A stretch of DNA of 63,980 nucleotides, the filler included, from Welwitschia mirabilis (lineage: Eukaryota): assembly GCA_051453625.1 (NCBI GenBank). It is 7 parts of one record of this genome, joined end to end, with 100 filler letters (N's around TTAATTAATTAA, not from the genome) between each part and the next. Parts side by side here need not be neighbours in the genome. Positions count along the whole stretch, not along the records: positions 1 to 15,899 come from JBOZIK010000001.1; positions 16,000 to 29,338 come from JBOZIK010000001.1; 5 more parts are not named here. One strand, given 5' to 3'. The notes beneath the pieces were generated by a model. The model saw nothing but the letters and a program-made list of their open reading frames with translations. It made no database searches and was not told the origin of the DNA. Below, piece by piece: positions 12,186 through 24,881 of this stretch; position 1 is the first letter of the stretch, and each line of letters starts with the position of its first letter. Position numbers and translations under genes: made by a program.

Positions 12186-14389
12186 ACTAGGTAATACATG
12201 ATCTATATTCCTTTCAAGTTATCAAAATAAAGATTAAAAAATTTATAGAGTATTTCTTGTACTTAGATTTCATGTAAGTGCTTTTATAAACTACAAGAAA
12301 TTAATTTTTCAAAAAAAATNNNNNNNNNNNNNNNNNNNNNNNNNNNNNNNNNNNNNNNNNNNNNNNNNNNNNNNNNNNNNNNNNNNNNNNNNNNNNNNNN
12401 NNNNNNNNNNNNNNNNNNNGAAATTAATTTTTCAAAAAAAAATAATGGTTAAATATTAGACATTTATTTTTTACCAATGCATACAAGTATGTGTATCATT
12501 CATATAATAGTTGATGTACAGCTAACGCAACAAAAAAACCCAAAAATACTTTTGGGATTGTGTATTTAATGAGGAACCAAAAATACAGAAGTAATACGCA
12601 ATAACTAGAGACTTAGTGGAAAGGAAATAATCTCTTTATATCCAGGATACAAAAGTCATANNNNNNNNNNNNNNNNNNNNNNNNNNNNNNNNNNNNNNNN
12701 NNNNNNNNNNNNNNNNNNNNNNNNNNNNNNNNNNNNNNNNNNNNNNNNNNNNNNNNNNNNGTGGAAAGGAAATAATCTCTTTATATCAAGGATACAAAAG
12801 TCATAAGCATACAAACTGGAATAACATCCTACAAAACTTTCATGAGCTCTTCTTAATAGTGGCTTCCAAAATGCTCACCTACGCTTCACCACTCTAATTA
12901 CATTGATGCTTGGTACTCTTTAAGATAGAATACAAGTAGGCCATGATCTTACACAAGGAAGATTCTTCTCAAGTTTCCAACAAAGAGCTACTCTCAAGCT
13001 TTTNNNNNNNNNNNNNNNNNNNNNNNNNNNNNNNNNNNNNNNNNNNNNNNNNNNNNNNNNNNNNNNNNNNNNNNNNNNNNNNNNNNNNNNNNNNNNNNNN
13101 NNNNNNNNNNNNNNNNNCCGATAGTATTAGCCACTTATACCTTTGACCAAAAATAGCATCTAAAGATAACATATTCCTTATGCCTAGATTTCCTCTTCAC
13201 GTATTTATTTTACCTTTATTCCTCTAAACTTAACATATTCCTTTCACGTAGATTTCCTCTAAAGCATGCTAACAACTACACCTGGTGTCTGCTTGGTAAT
13301 TACACATGATGCCTACTTGGTAATTACATAATGCCTACATGGCAATTACACATAGCAAATTTAATTTTCCACACAAGTATATTAAAACTTTAGCAAATAA
13401 GCCCCTAACTAAAATACATTCTTTATTTTTATTTTCTAAGGATGCTTCTGCATCATCCTCTCCTACTGGAAACGGAGTTATCACAAGAAAGGGTTTCTTC
13501 TTTACTGGACTTCTACAATCCATGCTTAAATATTTCTTTTCTAAAATCAAAAGTAAATCCTCCAAATGATCTCATGATTATTGGACNNNNNNNNNNNNNN
13601 NNNNNNNNNNNNNNNNNNNNNNNNNNNNNNNNNNNNNNNNNNNNNNNNNNNNNNNNNNNNNNNNNNNNNNNNNNNNNNNNNNNNNNCTTTTTCTTTTTAA
13701 TATTACAACAAGAAAAGGGACTCTATAAAAATATATAAAGTCACACTATAAAGGAATAAATAATATCAAGAGATTTAGCTTCACTTCCAACAGATCTTAG
13801 TTCTCTTAAGTATCTTAAACATTATGAATCTAATGTGATTTTCCAAAGTCACAAGTTTACTTATATAGGATAACATGTTTCTTATGATAAAGCTTGGATG
13901 CTTAATACTAGTGCTCTAACACATGACTTAAAGATGTGATTACTTTAATTAATTAACAACATGGTCTAATTAAGTCTTTCAAGTAGATAGAACTATAGCT
14001 CTAGTTAGGAGTTATTATTAAATCACTTTTGAGTTGTCATATCTTTTTTAGCAAACCATTCATAATGTTTTTGTTTATATAATCTCTGTGCTCACATCTT
14101 CTCTTATTCTCTAATTTTATGAGAGAAGATCATTCAGTTTGCATGGCAAAGGATTCAATTGATATTTATTATGCTCATGATATCCTCTGATGAAGAGCTA
14201 TATGGATGGAAATCTCGTGTGTCTTTGGGGTTGTGTTAAACTTAGTGAAATTATTTAAATTTTTTCTTAAGGTAATCTGTAAGCTTCTCTTTTATGAAAT
14301 GCTTGTTTGAAATACCCTAGTCCATACTTCCTACATCTAATGCATAAGAATGATCATCAACACATACCTGTAATTCCATGAGATTTTCC

Positions 14390-14790
14390 TTAATGTGAAG
14401 CATGCATCTTGGGCAAACAAACCCAGCAACACTTTTTGACAAGTCATTGGAAAGCTAATTAAAATATTCTACTAGTTGATAGCAATCTATGTGGTTTGAT
14501 GTTAGTGATTATACTTGAAGAACTTCTCTACTCCATCTCTTTTCTTGATGATTTCTTACATATGGCTTGGATGTATTTTATGGGAACTAAGTTATATGTG
14601 TTAGATGTCTTTAAAGTATTTGAAGGGAAAGTAAAAGTTTGAACATAAAATCAAAGGTTTCCAATCTAATAATGGTGATGAGTACAGATTAAGCGAGTTC
14701 AAGTACTATCTTACTCCTAAAGGAATAAAACATCCAAAGACTTGCTTAAGAACGCCTTAATACAATGGAGTTGATTGAATGCTTTAACCA
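14390..14790 (+). pseudogene. Copia integrase core remnant
   Basis: CEACILGKQT; LVDSNLCG..ISFLDDF..WMYFM..K..V..VFK; KIKGFQSNNGDEY..EFKYYL..KGIKH..T..RTP*YNGV. Confidence 0.8.
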
Positions 14791-15442
14791 TTGTTCACAT
14801 GTAAAAAGTGACATTATGATCAAGTTAATTGACTAATGTATTTTAATAGAAGACATTAATATAATTGATTCTATCGTAAAAACATGTCTTCTATTGATTT
14901 TCTATATACATTATGAACTTATTATCTTCTCATGACATTTTAAGGTTAATTATAACATGTTGAGGGACTTTGCAAAAGATGTTGAGTATCCAAGCTAAAA
15001 CGTCAGTGCCACCATTCAGGTAACTTAGCGTTGTCAGTATTTCTGCAAATCTATTCTTACATTCCTCACTTTCCATGCAAAATTGGATTAAATAAAGTTA
15101 TGGACTTGAACATATTTCACCTTGGAAATAACTTGCATCCTTGATGACATGTGGCAGTGATTGCAATGGCATGTAGTAGTGACATGTGGCATTAATGACG
15201 ATTACATGTAGTACTAACATGTAGCATTGTTAAGTAGGATGATAATGGAGACACATGACGATGACAGCAGTTGGCAGAAGTAGCAGCATCCAGAAGCAAA
15301 GTGTTACACTCATCATGATGATTTTTACCTAATGGAGAAGATGACAAATGGCCTACTTAATGCTATCATTTTGTAAATGCTCATCTAATGGTACAAGCCA
15401 AAGGCTTGTAACCACCTCCATGCCCATCTTTGCCTATAGAAG

Positions 15443-15552
15443 GGCCTTGAGTCCTTCATTGTAACATACTTTATTTTTGGCAAAAAATTGAACCTTTGGC
15501 CTTGAGTCCTTCATTGTAACATCCTTCATTTTTGGCAAAAGATAAAACCTTT
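15443..15552. repeat. Tandem duplication, 2 x 55 bp, downstream of a TATA-like motif in a probable LTR remnant (about 15000-15899)
   Basis: GGCCTTGAGTCCTTCATTGTAACAT..TTTTTGGCAAAA..AACCTTT at 15443 and 15498; upstream array of ACATGTGGCA/ACATGTAG motifs at 15145-15230. Confidence 0.8.
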
Positions 15553-15899
15553 GGAGTGTCAAGACACGATGGCCCTCTAAGCACTTCTCTGGGAAGTGAG
15601 CTTATCTTTAAGGATAGCTTAAGGAGTTTTACAAGCATCACTCTTCCTTTAATGTAACGTGATTTCTTTAATACAAAAAAGTTGTTTTACTTTTGATTTT
15701 AAGTTGCGAGTCACTTTATACTTTGAATACTTAGGTAATAACTATCATGATTTATCTATATTTGAGTGAATTCTTTAATCACTTAGTTTAAGTCCTTATA
15801 ATTTTATGGAGTTTGAGTACTTAGGATCCTTATATTCTATTTTTATTATAAGGCTATGAAGGATCAAGTGGCAATTGAGTTCATCATTTCTCATATGGT

Positions 15900-15999
15900 N
15901 NNNNNNNNNNNNNNNNNNNNNNNNNNNNNNNNNNNNNNNNNNNTTAATTAATTAANNNNNNNNNNNNNNNNNNNNNNNNNNNNNNNNNNNNNNNNNNNN
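15900..15999. other. Artificial contig linker 1 (44N + TTAATTAATTAA + 44N)
   Basis: Exact 100-bp structure; the 12-mer gives stop codons in all six frames. Confidence 0.97.
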
Positions 16000-17761
16000 A
16001 CAGATGGAAGCTAAATATAGACCTCTCTTAATCTGTCATCATTTTCTCCATCATTCGGATGAGATACAAGATGACCACTATTTTTAGTTAATGTATCAAA
16101 CTTCATCTAGCTTATGCAAAGTGTCATACACCTTCTTTGTGCTGTTAGGGTTTTGGTTGCATCTATTACATTTGCTATTTTTTAGTCTGTTATTATTAAT
16201 AAATATTACCTTTGTCCTTGAATCTGATCATTTTCGTCACACCATAAATAATCATGATATGAGATAGAAGGGTTGGAGGTCCATCCATTAGTCATAGAAA
16301 GAAGTTTTCTTTAGTGTTGGATTGTGTCTCCTTCATTGATGTGTTGTTTCTTTGTAATCAGATGCTAGTTTGACTTTTAATGGAAATCTTCTTTCAGTTT
16401 TTATATTCATATGCATGTCTCTTATGGTTTATGTTGGTTATGATTTCGTGACAGTGTCGTAATTGATATATATCACTAAGGGCAACCTTTGTCAAGGTTA
16501 AAATTATTAGTTTAGAAACTTATATTACATTTAATATTTTCTAGATTAATCATTACATGTTCTACATATACTATTCGATGCACTTAATAGACTAGATTGG
16601 TTTTGATTAATGATAGTTTTCTTAATTGATCTAGGTTATACAAGGATAATCTTGATGATAGAGATTTGGTAGTTGAATAGATATTGCATTTAGAGTAGAT
16701 TGCATTTGCATTTTTATTANNNNNNNNNNNNNNNNNNNNNNNNNNNNNNNNNNNNNNNNNNNNNNNNNNNNNNNNNNNNNNNNNNNNNNNNNNNNNNNNN
16801 NNNNNNNNNNNNNNNNNNNACTAGGATGCTGCTTGGATTGACATGAAAGCTAAATATAAAGCTCTCTTAATATGTCATGGTCCCCACTATCGTCTAGACA
16901 ACCATAAGAACGATACCTCATTTTAGTTAATGTACCAAACTTCACTAAACTTTTATAATGTGTCATGCACTTTCCATGAAATATTATGATTTTGATTGCA
17001 TCTATTAAATTTGCTATTTTTGAATCTATTGTTGTTAATAAATACTGCCTTTACCCTTGACTCTGATCATCTTCTTTGGAATCCAAAATTCTCATAATAA
17101 AAGATTGAAGGACAGAAGGTCTATCTATTAGTTGCAGAGAGGAGTCTTCCTTAGTGTTGGGCTATGTGTCCTTCATCAAGGTACTACTACTTTGTAATAA
17201 GATGTTGGTTTGACTTTTAATGAAAATCTTCTTTTAGTTTTATTCATGTATATGTCCCTTATGATTTACGTTGGTTATGATTCCATGACAGTTTCAAAAT
17301 TAATATAGCTCATAAGGATAACCTTTTTCAAGATTATAAAATGTTATTTTAGGACTTTTGTTGCATTTCCCGTTTATAGATTAAACATTATGTGTTTTCC
17401 ATATTCTAATTAACACACTTAATAGATTAGTTTGATTATGATTAATGATAGTTGTCTTAATTGATCTATGTTATATAGAGTCGATCTTGATAATAGAGAT
17501 TTGGTAGTTGAATAGATATTGCATTTAGAGTAGATTGCATTTGCATTTTTATTATGTGTTTACTTTTCTTGGATTGTTGATTTTCATTTTGAACCTTTAC
17601 TTCGTAAAAAGCAATTTTCTTTCTTCTTGTCTAGTGCTTTCGATAGATTATGGCATTTAGTTCAACTCCCATCTGTATTAGTGTGTTATGTTTATGCATA
17701 TAATTATGATCAATAGGATTTGAATAAGAACATAACATTTTCGTAAATATGTACCACAACA
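16000..17761 (+). repeat. Two partial Athila-type LTR copies (16000-16719 and 16820-17761)
   Basis: Both align with 39180-40061; the last ~65 bp before the gap at 16720 are essentially identical to 17490-17553. Confidence 0.85.
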
Positions 17762-17764
17762 TCT

Positions 17765-17782
17765 TGGCATCATTACTAGGGA
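17765..17782 (+). promoter_or_regulatory. Decayed tRNA-Asp primer-binding site
   Basis: TGGCATCATTACTAGGGA derives from the Athila PBS TGGCGCCGTTGCCGGGGA by C>T and G>A changes only; lies 3 bp after the LTR end. Confidence 0.8.
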
Positions 17783-18499
17783 AGGCTACAAATATTTCAA
17801 GGATTTTTGTTACTTAGGTAAGTGCTTTGAATTTTGATTTAGATATTTGTTTGTGGTAGCATTGTATTTTTATTATAAATGCCATAGTTTTTTATTTTCA
17901 TGATTTTTGTATTTTTCGTTTTTCGTTTCACATGTTTGGAGCCTATTGTCCTCTTTGTCGTCTAGACGACATAGGCAAACAACTGAATAGGGTTAAGGTT
18001 TTGTTGAGATTTTTTGCATTTTTTATTTTGCACCATAGAATAAATTGATATCATATACTCTGTCATCTAGATAACACAGTTAGACAACTATCAATTTTGG
18101 TTTTGGTTTTGGTTTTATTTCTATTTTTCTTTGTTCTCTGTTTTCTATTTTTATTTTTTGTGTAGTAGTCATCCAGGTAATCATCTGGACAACAACAGAG
18201 ACGACATTATAAAAACACCATTGAGCATGCAGGGATATGATACACTTAGGCAAAAAGACAAAGACTTGGAGGGAGTAAATCTTGATTGAGAAAAAATATG
18301 AGAGAAGATCTAGTCAACTATAAGCTTAATCCAAGTATGCACACCTTAGGTATATAAAGAATTCCAATAGTTGAACAAAAAATTTCTAGCTTTAGAAAAT
18401 TTTTTTAGCTTATATTATTTTAAAATATGATTTTTTCAAAATAAAGCAATAGTATAGAGGCGAATCATGTAAAATCAAAAACAAGTAGCATCATCCAAT

Positions 18500-20010
18500 A
18501 CTCCAACCATGATAAGAACTCCTAATGCAAATACATCTAATGAAAATATTAACCTTAAAGATTTAATAGCCATAGAAAACATGAAATAAAAAATGCTTTT
18601 GACTTACCTCTTGGTGATGATACAGAGCTAAAAAACTTAAATACTTATCCAACATTTTCAAGAGAACCTAATGAAGATCCTTTTCAACATCTCACCGACA
18701 TAGAATAATTAATGATCACTTTAAAAAATGGAAAAGAATGAATTAGTTACAGAACATACATGATTATCTTTCCTATCATACTTAGAGATAGAGTATAACC
18801 ATGGCTTAAAAATATACCCCATAAGAGTCTTAAAACCTGAAGTCAAGCAGAAGATGCTTTTATCAACAGATTCATAGGTGAGAGTAAAATAAGAAAAAGA
18901 AAAAAAAGTCATAAACTTCCAACAACAACCCACTGAGAATTATGTCATAACATATGAATGATTCATTATAGCAACTCATTTCAATGCTATTAATAAATTC
19001 CCTAAAGAATTATTAATAAATTATGTTTATAGTGGATTGAATAGAGAAACTAAACAACTTGTAGATTTTTTATGCAGTGGCAATTTGATGAATTTAGATT
19101 TAGAAAATACATGGACGTCATTGGAAGATATTATTAAAGTTAGTCAAAATTTATCTAAACCAATGTTTAAAGAAAATTGAATTATAGGTCAGATGATACA
19201 GGACTTAAAAGAAGAAAAATATGATAAGGAGGAAGTTCAAGATAATTCAACAAATGTAATCAAGGATTTCACTATTTCTTTGGAAAAATACACTCAAATG
19301 ATTATTAATGCAAAAGTATCAAATGAGAAAAATGTAATATCAACATGTGATATATGTGATGATAACTCTCATGTCATAAAAGAAAGTCCTTTATTACCAA
19401 CATGTAAAGAGAAAATACTTAAAGAAATGAGTGCATTCAATCAAAGGTCTCCCAATTTTTAAAATCAAATGCAATATCAATAAGGAATGAGTGGGTAAAA
19501 TAATTAAAAATATTTTAAGAATAGATTAAATAATTTAAACTTACAACCAAATAAATTCCAATCAAGCTCCTTAAATCAACAAAATTAAGGTGATCTAATT
19601 ATGAAAACAATGGAAGAGATGTAAAAAGCATTTAAATTTAAAGATCCTAGGGTAGCAATAATAAGTGTTACTTTAGAAGGGAATAAGAAAATAAGAAAAT
19701 CTGTAATTAATATTGAAGCAAGTGTCAACATCATGCCTCTTCATGTTTGTAAAGGACTTAGGTTAGAAGAAAAGATTAAACCTACTTAATTCACATTAGA
19801 ATTGACTGATACTTCTACTAAAAAACCTGAAGGGATCATTAAAATTCTAGTCATCCAAATAGAAGAAGCTTACTACCCTATAAATGAAGTTATAATTAAA
19901 GCAAAACATGATGGAAGTTACCCACTAGTTTTAGGAAGAGGCTTGTGTGCAACTGCTCACTGCATCATAGATACATGAACTAGATTAATGGAATGTCATA
20001 TTGGTAATAA
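18500..20010 (+). pseudogene. Athila-type gag and aspartic protease remnant
   Basis: PTFSREPNEDPFQHL; LLINYVYSGLNRETKQLVDFLCSGNLM; CDICDDNSHVIKESP; DPRVAIISVTL..INIEASVNIMPLHV..LELTD.S.KKPEGII..PLVLGR.LCATAHCIID. Many stops; no RT follows. Confidence 0.85.
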
Positions 20011-23000
20011 GAGATATATTTATAGAGTTCTTAATACTGTAGAGAAAGAGATGGGTGATGAGGGAAACATACAAAAAAAGGGGCTAAGCCAACTTTATTT
20101 ATTTAATATCACCTAATTAAAATAAAATTAAGAGCGTTACAAGACTTAACTTTGCATAAAAATTTAATATAAATAAATAATTATAATCAAAAGGATGAAG
20201 AAGTGAAATTTGTTAACCCAATAAAAAAAGTCTAACATGTGAAATTAATTAAAAAATTCTCTTATAAGCCTTATCATCCACCGCTGTCATTCAGATGAGA
20301 GTGTGGAATGACAGTTAGAAAAATAAAATATCAATAAAAGCAAAATAAGAATAATGAAAAAAAAGGAAAGATATAGTTACTGATTAGAAAAGTACAAAAA
20401 AGATTCAACATAATAAGGTCAAAGATAATAATGAGAAAAGGAGGAATACTGAAAAACCTATAAAATCTTAATCAAACTTGATGAAAAATAGATCTATCTT
20501 TTCAATATAACAATCTAATTTAAAAACCTCCCATATTTCTTCATTTCATTCTTTTAAAACTATTCAAAGCAATATATTTCCCTTTTCTACCAAGTCCACT
20601 TTAGCTTCTAATGATAAATTTTTTCAAAAGTATGACTTGGAATATCTTGTACTTTTAAATTATAGAAATCTTATCTTTTTGATAATCCATACTTTAAGCT
20701 GAGACTTAGAGAACTTCTCAGGTATATTAAGCTTACCTTCATCATTCATTCTAAGAAGCTTTCTCCAAAAGTTATGATTTCTAATAAAACCATTAACCTC
20801 TTTAATACTTTATATCNNNNNNNNNNNNNNNNNNNNNNNNNNNNNNNNNNNNNNNNNNNNNNNNNNNNNNNNNNNNNNNNNNNNNNNNNNNNNNNNNNNN
20901 NNNNNNNNNNNNNNNNNNNNNNNNNNNNNNNNNNNNNNNNNNNNNNNNNNNNNNNNNNNNNNNNNNNNNNNNNNNNNNNNNNNNNNNNNNTTTTATTAGG
21001 TCCTTTTTTTTTTTGAGAAAATACCAGATGCTAGGATTTGAATAAATTCTTCTTTTCTTTTTTTCTTTCTTTTCAATAAAGTATTAAGCAGGATTTAGGA
21101 TTTAAATAAAATTTATTTTTAGTTTTCTTGGGTATTTTCTTTTTGATTTTATGTTGTTATGTTTTTGTTCTCTAGTTTTTTATTTTTTAATAAATTAATC
21201 TCTAGACTATTAGATCCTTAGTTAGGATTTTTAATTTGAAAACTAGAAAAATTCAAAAAAATGGATGAATGTTACAAATCCATGAATTATTATAAGACCT
21301 TGAAGATGTCATGCTATCATTTGAACATCTTTAAAACTTGACTAACGTTTTACTTTATGAAGTTATCATGACTAATAATTTTTACTTAAGTATTAAAGTA
21401 ATAAAATTGGATTCACCTAATCTTAAGACATTCAAATGTTTATGATTTTTTTAAAGGAATATGCTTTAGTTTTTTGTATTTTCTCTCAACGGTGTGAGTC
21501 TTTGGTTGTTTGGTATGTTCTTTCTTATTTTTCATCTCATTTCTTCACCTTCATCTTTATGAGTGTGTGGTCATGTGGGATTTATNNNNNNNNNNNNNNN
21601 NNNNNNNNNNNNNNNNNNNNNNNNNNNNNNNNNNNNNNNNNNNNNNNNNNNNNNNNNNNNNNNNNNNNNNNNNNNNNNNNNNNNNACCTAATCTTAAGAC
21701 ATTCAAATGTTTATGATTTTTTTTAAAGGAATATGCTTTAGTTTTTTGTATTTTCTCTCAACGGTGTGAGTCTTTGGTTGTTTGGAATGTTTTTTCTTAT
21801 TTTTCATCTCATTTCTTCACCTTCATCTTTATGAGTGTGTGGTCATGTGGGATTTATTTTGAAGAAGTATGTTAATAAAAAAACCAAAAAAAAAAAAAAA
21901 ACAGAGAATAATGATACTGATATTNNNNNNNNNNAGTTCTGAAAAGAAAAAAAGACAAAAAAACCAAAAAAAAAAAAAAAAAAAACAGAGAATAATGATC
22001 ATGATCTTTTTTCTTTTGTGCTAAATACTTGGTTATCACAAGGTCCTACCGTATTAGGGTAAATTTTCCTAGGAGGAACCTTTGATAGTATTAGTAGCTA
22101 TGGGAACTCCACTAGGAGGTTAGTTAGCCATGCTTCACAGGTTGCTACTATTAGATTATGTTTTGCCAATTGATGTCAAACTTATGTTTTCTGTGAAGTA
22201 AATTTTATGTATCTTATATAGAAAATATTAACCACTTGTAGGTCAAATGCTAAAGCTAGGAATGTCATATTCTGATCATTAGAAATCTATCAAGTTCACT
22301 TACCTTCTTGAGGAATCAACTAGACTTTTAAGGGATCGACTGCACCTAGAGAATACTCTTAGAATTGAACTGATTTCTAAAGGGTCAATCAAACCTGTGA
22401 ACCTGAGAACTAGTATCTCTAAACTAATTATTAAAGGATTGACCACACTTATGAGGGTTTGACCAAACCTATGAACTTAAGAGCCAGTACTCTTAAACCA
22501 ATTGTCAAGGGGTAAACCGAACCTTTAAGGAGTCGACCAAACCTAAGCACTGTGCATCTGATATTCCTGAGTTGATCATCAAGGAGTTGATTAGATACCT
22601 AAGGGGTTGACTCAACTTGATGCAAAAAATTGAAATGAATCTTTATCAAGATAAGTGGGTGACCAGATAGATATGCAGGTGATTAAATGAGGAATTGACC
22701 AAACCCTAAGGGATTGACTAGACATGGAGCCATAAGAAATTAGAGTAACTAAAAAGTTCACTTAGATGATCTATTTATCTCATGACAATAGGAGGGGTCA
22801 ACCAGACATTTAAGAAGTCGATCGGCCAACACAAAAATGAAATTTTATATCTTATATGTATTTATTTTATAGCTGTTTATAGTCATTGGAAGTACATTTT
22901 TAATTGTAATAAATCCTAAAATCCTTCTAGTATAAATAGCCAAGAGAGAAATATCTAAAAGAACTTTTGAACGTTTTGATCTTTTGCTAAACGATTTGAA

Positions 23001-24881
23001 AAAATAGTGATTTATCACTATACTAGCTTGGCATTGTATTCCTGATAAAGACAAGCCAACATCTATTATATCTGTATATTCAAGATGAGATCTTATACTT
23101 TGTTATTGTATCATCTATAGGGAAGAGCTTCATTATAATTATTGTACTAAAGAACGAGTAATATTAATGCATTAGGGCATTTCTTCATCACCACCACATA
23201 TGGTGAAAGGTTAAGACTTAGCCTATAAAAGTCCATTGAAAGGTTGAGATTTATCCTACAAAAGTTCATTGAAAAGTGGAGAATTAGCCTACAAAAGTTT
23301 GTGTGTAAGTATTATAGATGAACCTGCAATACCTTTAAAAGTTAATGAAGATCTAGATCAGGCTTAATGATAAGCTGATTGTTGAGAGTGGAATAGGAGA
23401 TTTTCAGAACCACTCTAAAACTTGCATGTACCTGATCAGTATTTTATATTAAATTATATATTACCAATTGATGTCAAACTAATATTTCTTATATAGAAAA
23501 TGTTGTATATGTTGTGTAGAAGAGTTTGATTTTTTTTTAAGTTAAAAGATGGAATTAAAATATGCATTAGAAACCTATTTAGTTTATTCACCCTCCAGAT
23601 GGGTTAACTGGATCCTAAAGGGTTGACCGCACCTGAAGCTATCAAAGGAAAATAAAATAAATCCAAATGGATCGACCAGATTCTAATCAGGTCAATTGAA
23701 CCTGTAACTAGGAGCATCAGTATCCCTGAACCGAATGGTAAGGGATTAACTGGATTTTCATTGGTTAATTAGATTTAAGAACCTAATAGACAGTACTTCG
23801 AGACTGAGAGACAAGGGATTGATTAGACTTAGGATGGGGTGGACCGTATTGGGGTCGACTGGACCCAAATGACATTGACTAGACATGGAGACACAAAAAA
23901 CTAGGGTGACTAAATTTCTCTCTTGGGTTATGTAATTCACGGCACCATATAGGATCAACTAGACTTTTGTGGGATCAACCAGACAACACAAAAAAGAAAT
24001 TTTTCTAAACGGTATATATCCATTATCTAGCTATTAGGTAGTTATTTTCTAGCCATTTGTAGGTATTGGATTAGTAATTCAAATGGACTAAATCTTAATA
24101 GCCTTTCATTATAAATAGCTGAGCTATAGATAACCAAAAAATCTTTTTGAACCATTCTCATTAGGCTAAATCATTTGGATCTGAAAGGTCAAGCTGTATA
24201 TTGATATTATTATCACTGTTGTATTTTAGCTTCTATACATCTGACTAGAGGAGATATATTATTGATGCATGTATTGCATTCAAAGTCAAATCTAGAGCAC
24301 CATTAGTGTACTACTATAAGAAGAGAGATCAATCTACTATACTGATTTCAGAATGGGTGATATCTATGCTATTGTGGCATCACTACATCATTAATATTAT
24401 TTTTTATAGGTTGAGACTAAGCCTTGAAAAGTTCATTGTGAAGGTTGAGACTAACCCTTGAAAAGTCTATTGTGAAGGTTAAGACTTATCCTGGAAAAGT
24501 CTGCTTGTAAAGGTTATAGATAAACCTGAAATACCTGGTGGAGTAATAGAGATCCAAGATTTAACTTGGGATATGCTAATCATCGAGAGTAAAGTAGGGA
24601 AGTTTCCAAACCACTATAAATATAGCTTGCATCAATTTGGTAGTTTCTATTTTTGTTTTTAATTCTTTACTTTCAAAATCTTATTATTTTTTGCACATCC
24701 TAGATTGATTTTATTTTCATATATGCAAGTTGTGTTTCAAATAGATTCATTTTAGATTTATCATTAAGTTTTAAAAGAACTTATTCACCCCTCCTCTAGC
24801 GTTCTCGATCCTATCATTTGGTATCAGATCAGGTTATGTCATTTTCTTAGACCTTAGTTGATCTAGAGTTAGCACCCTATA

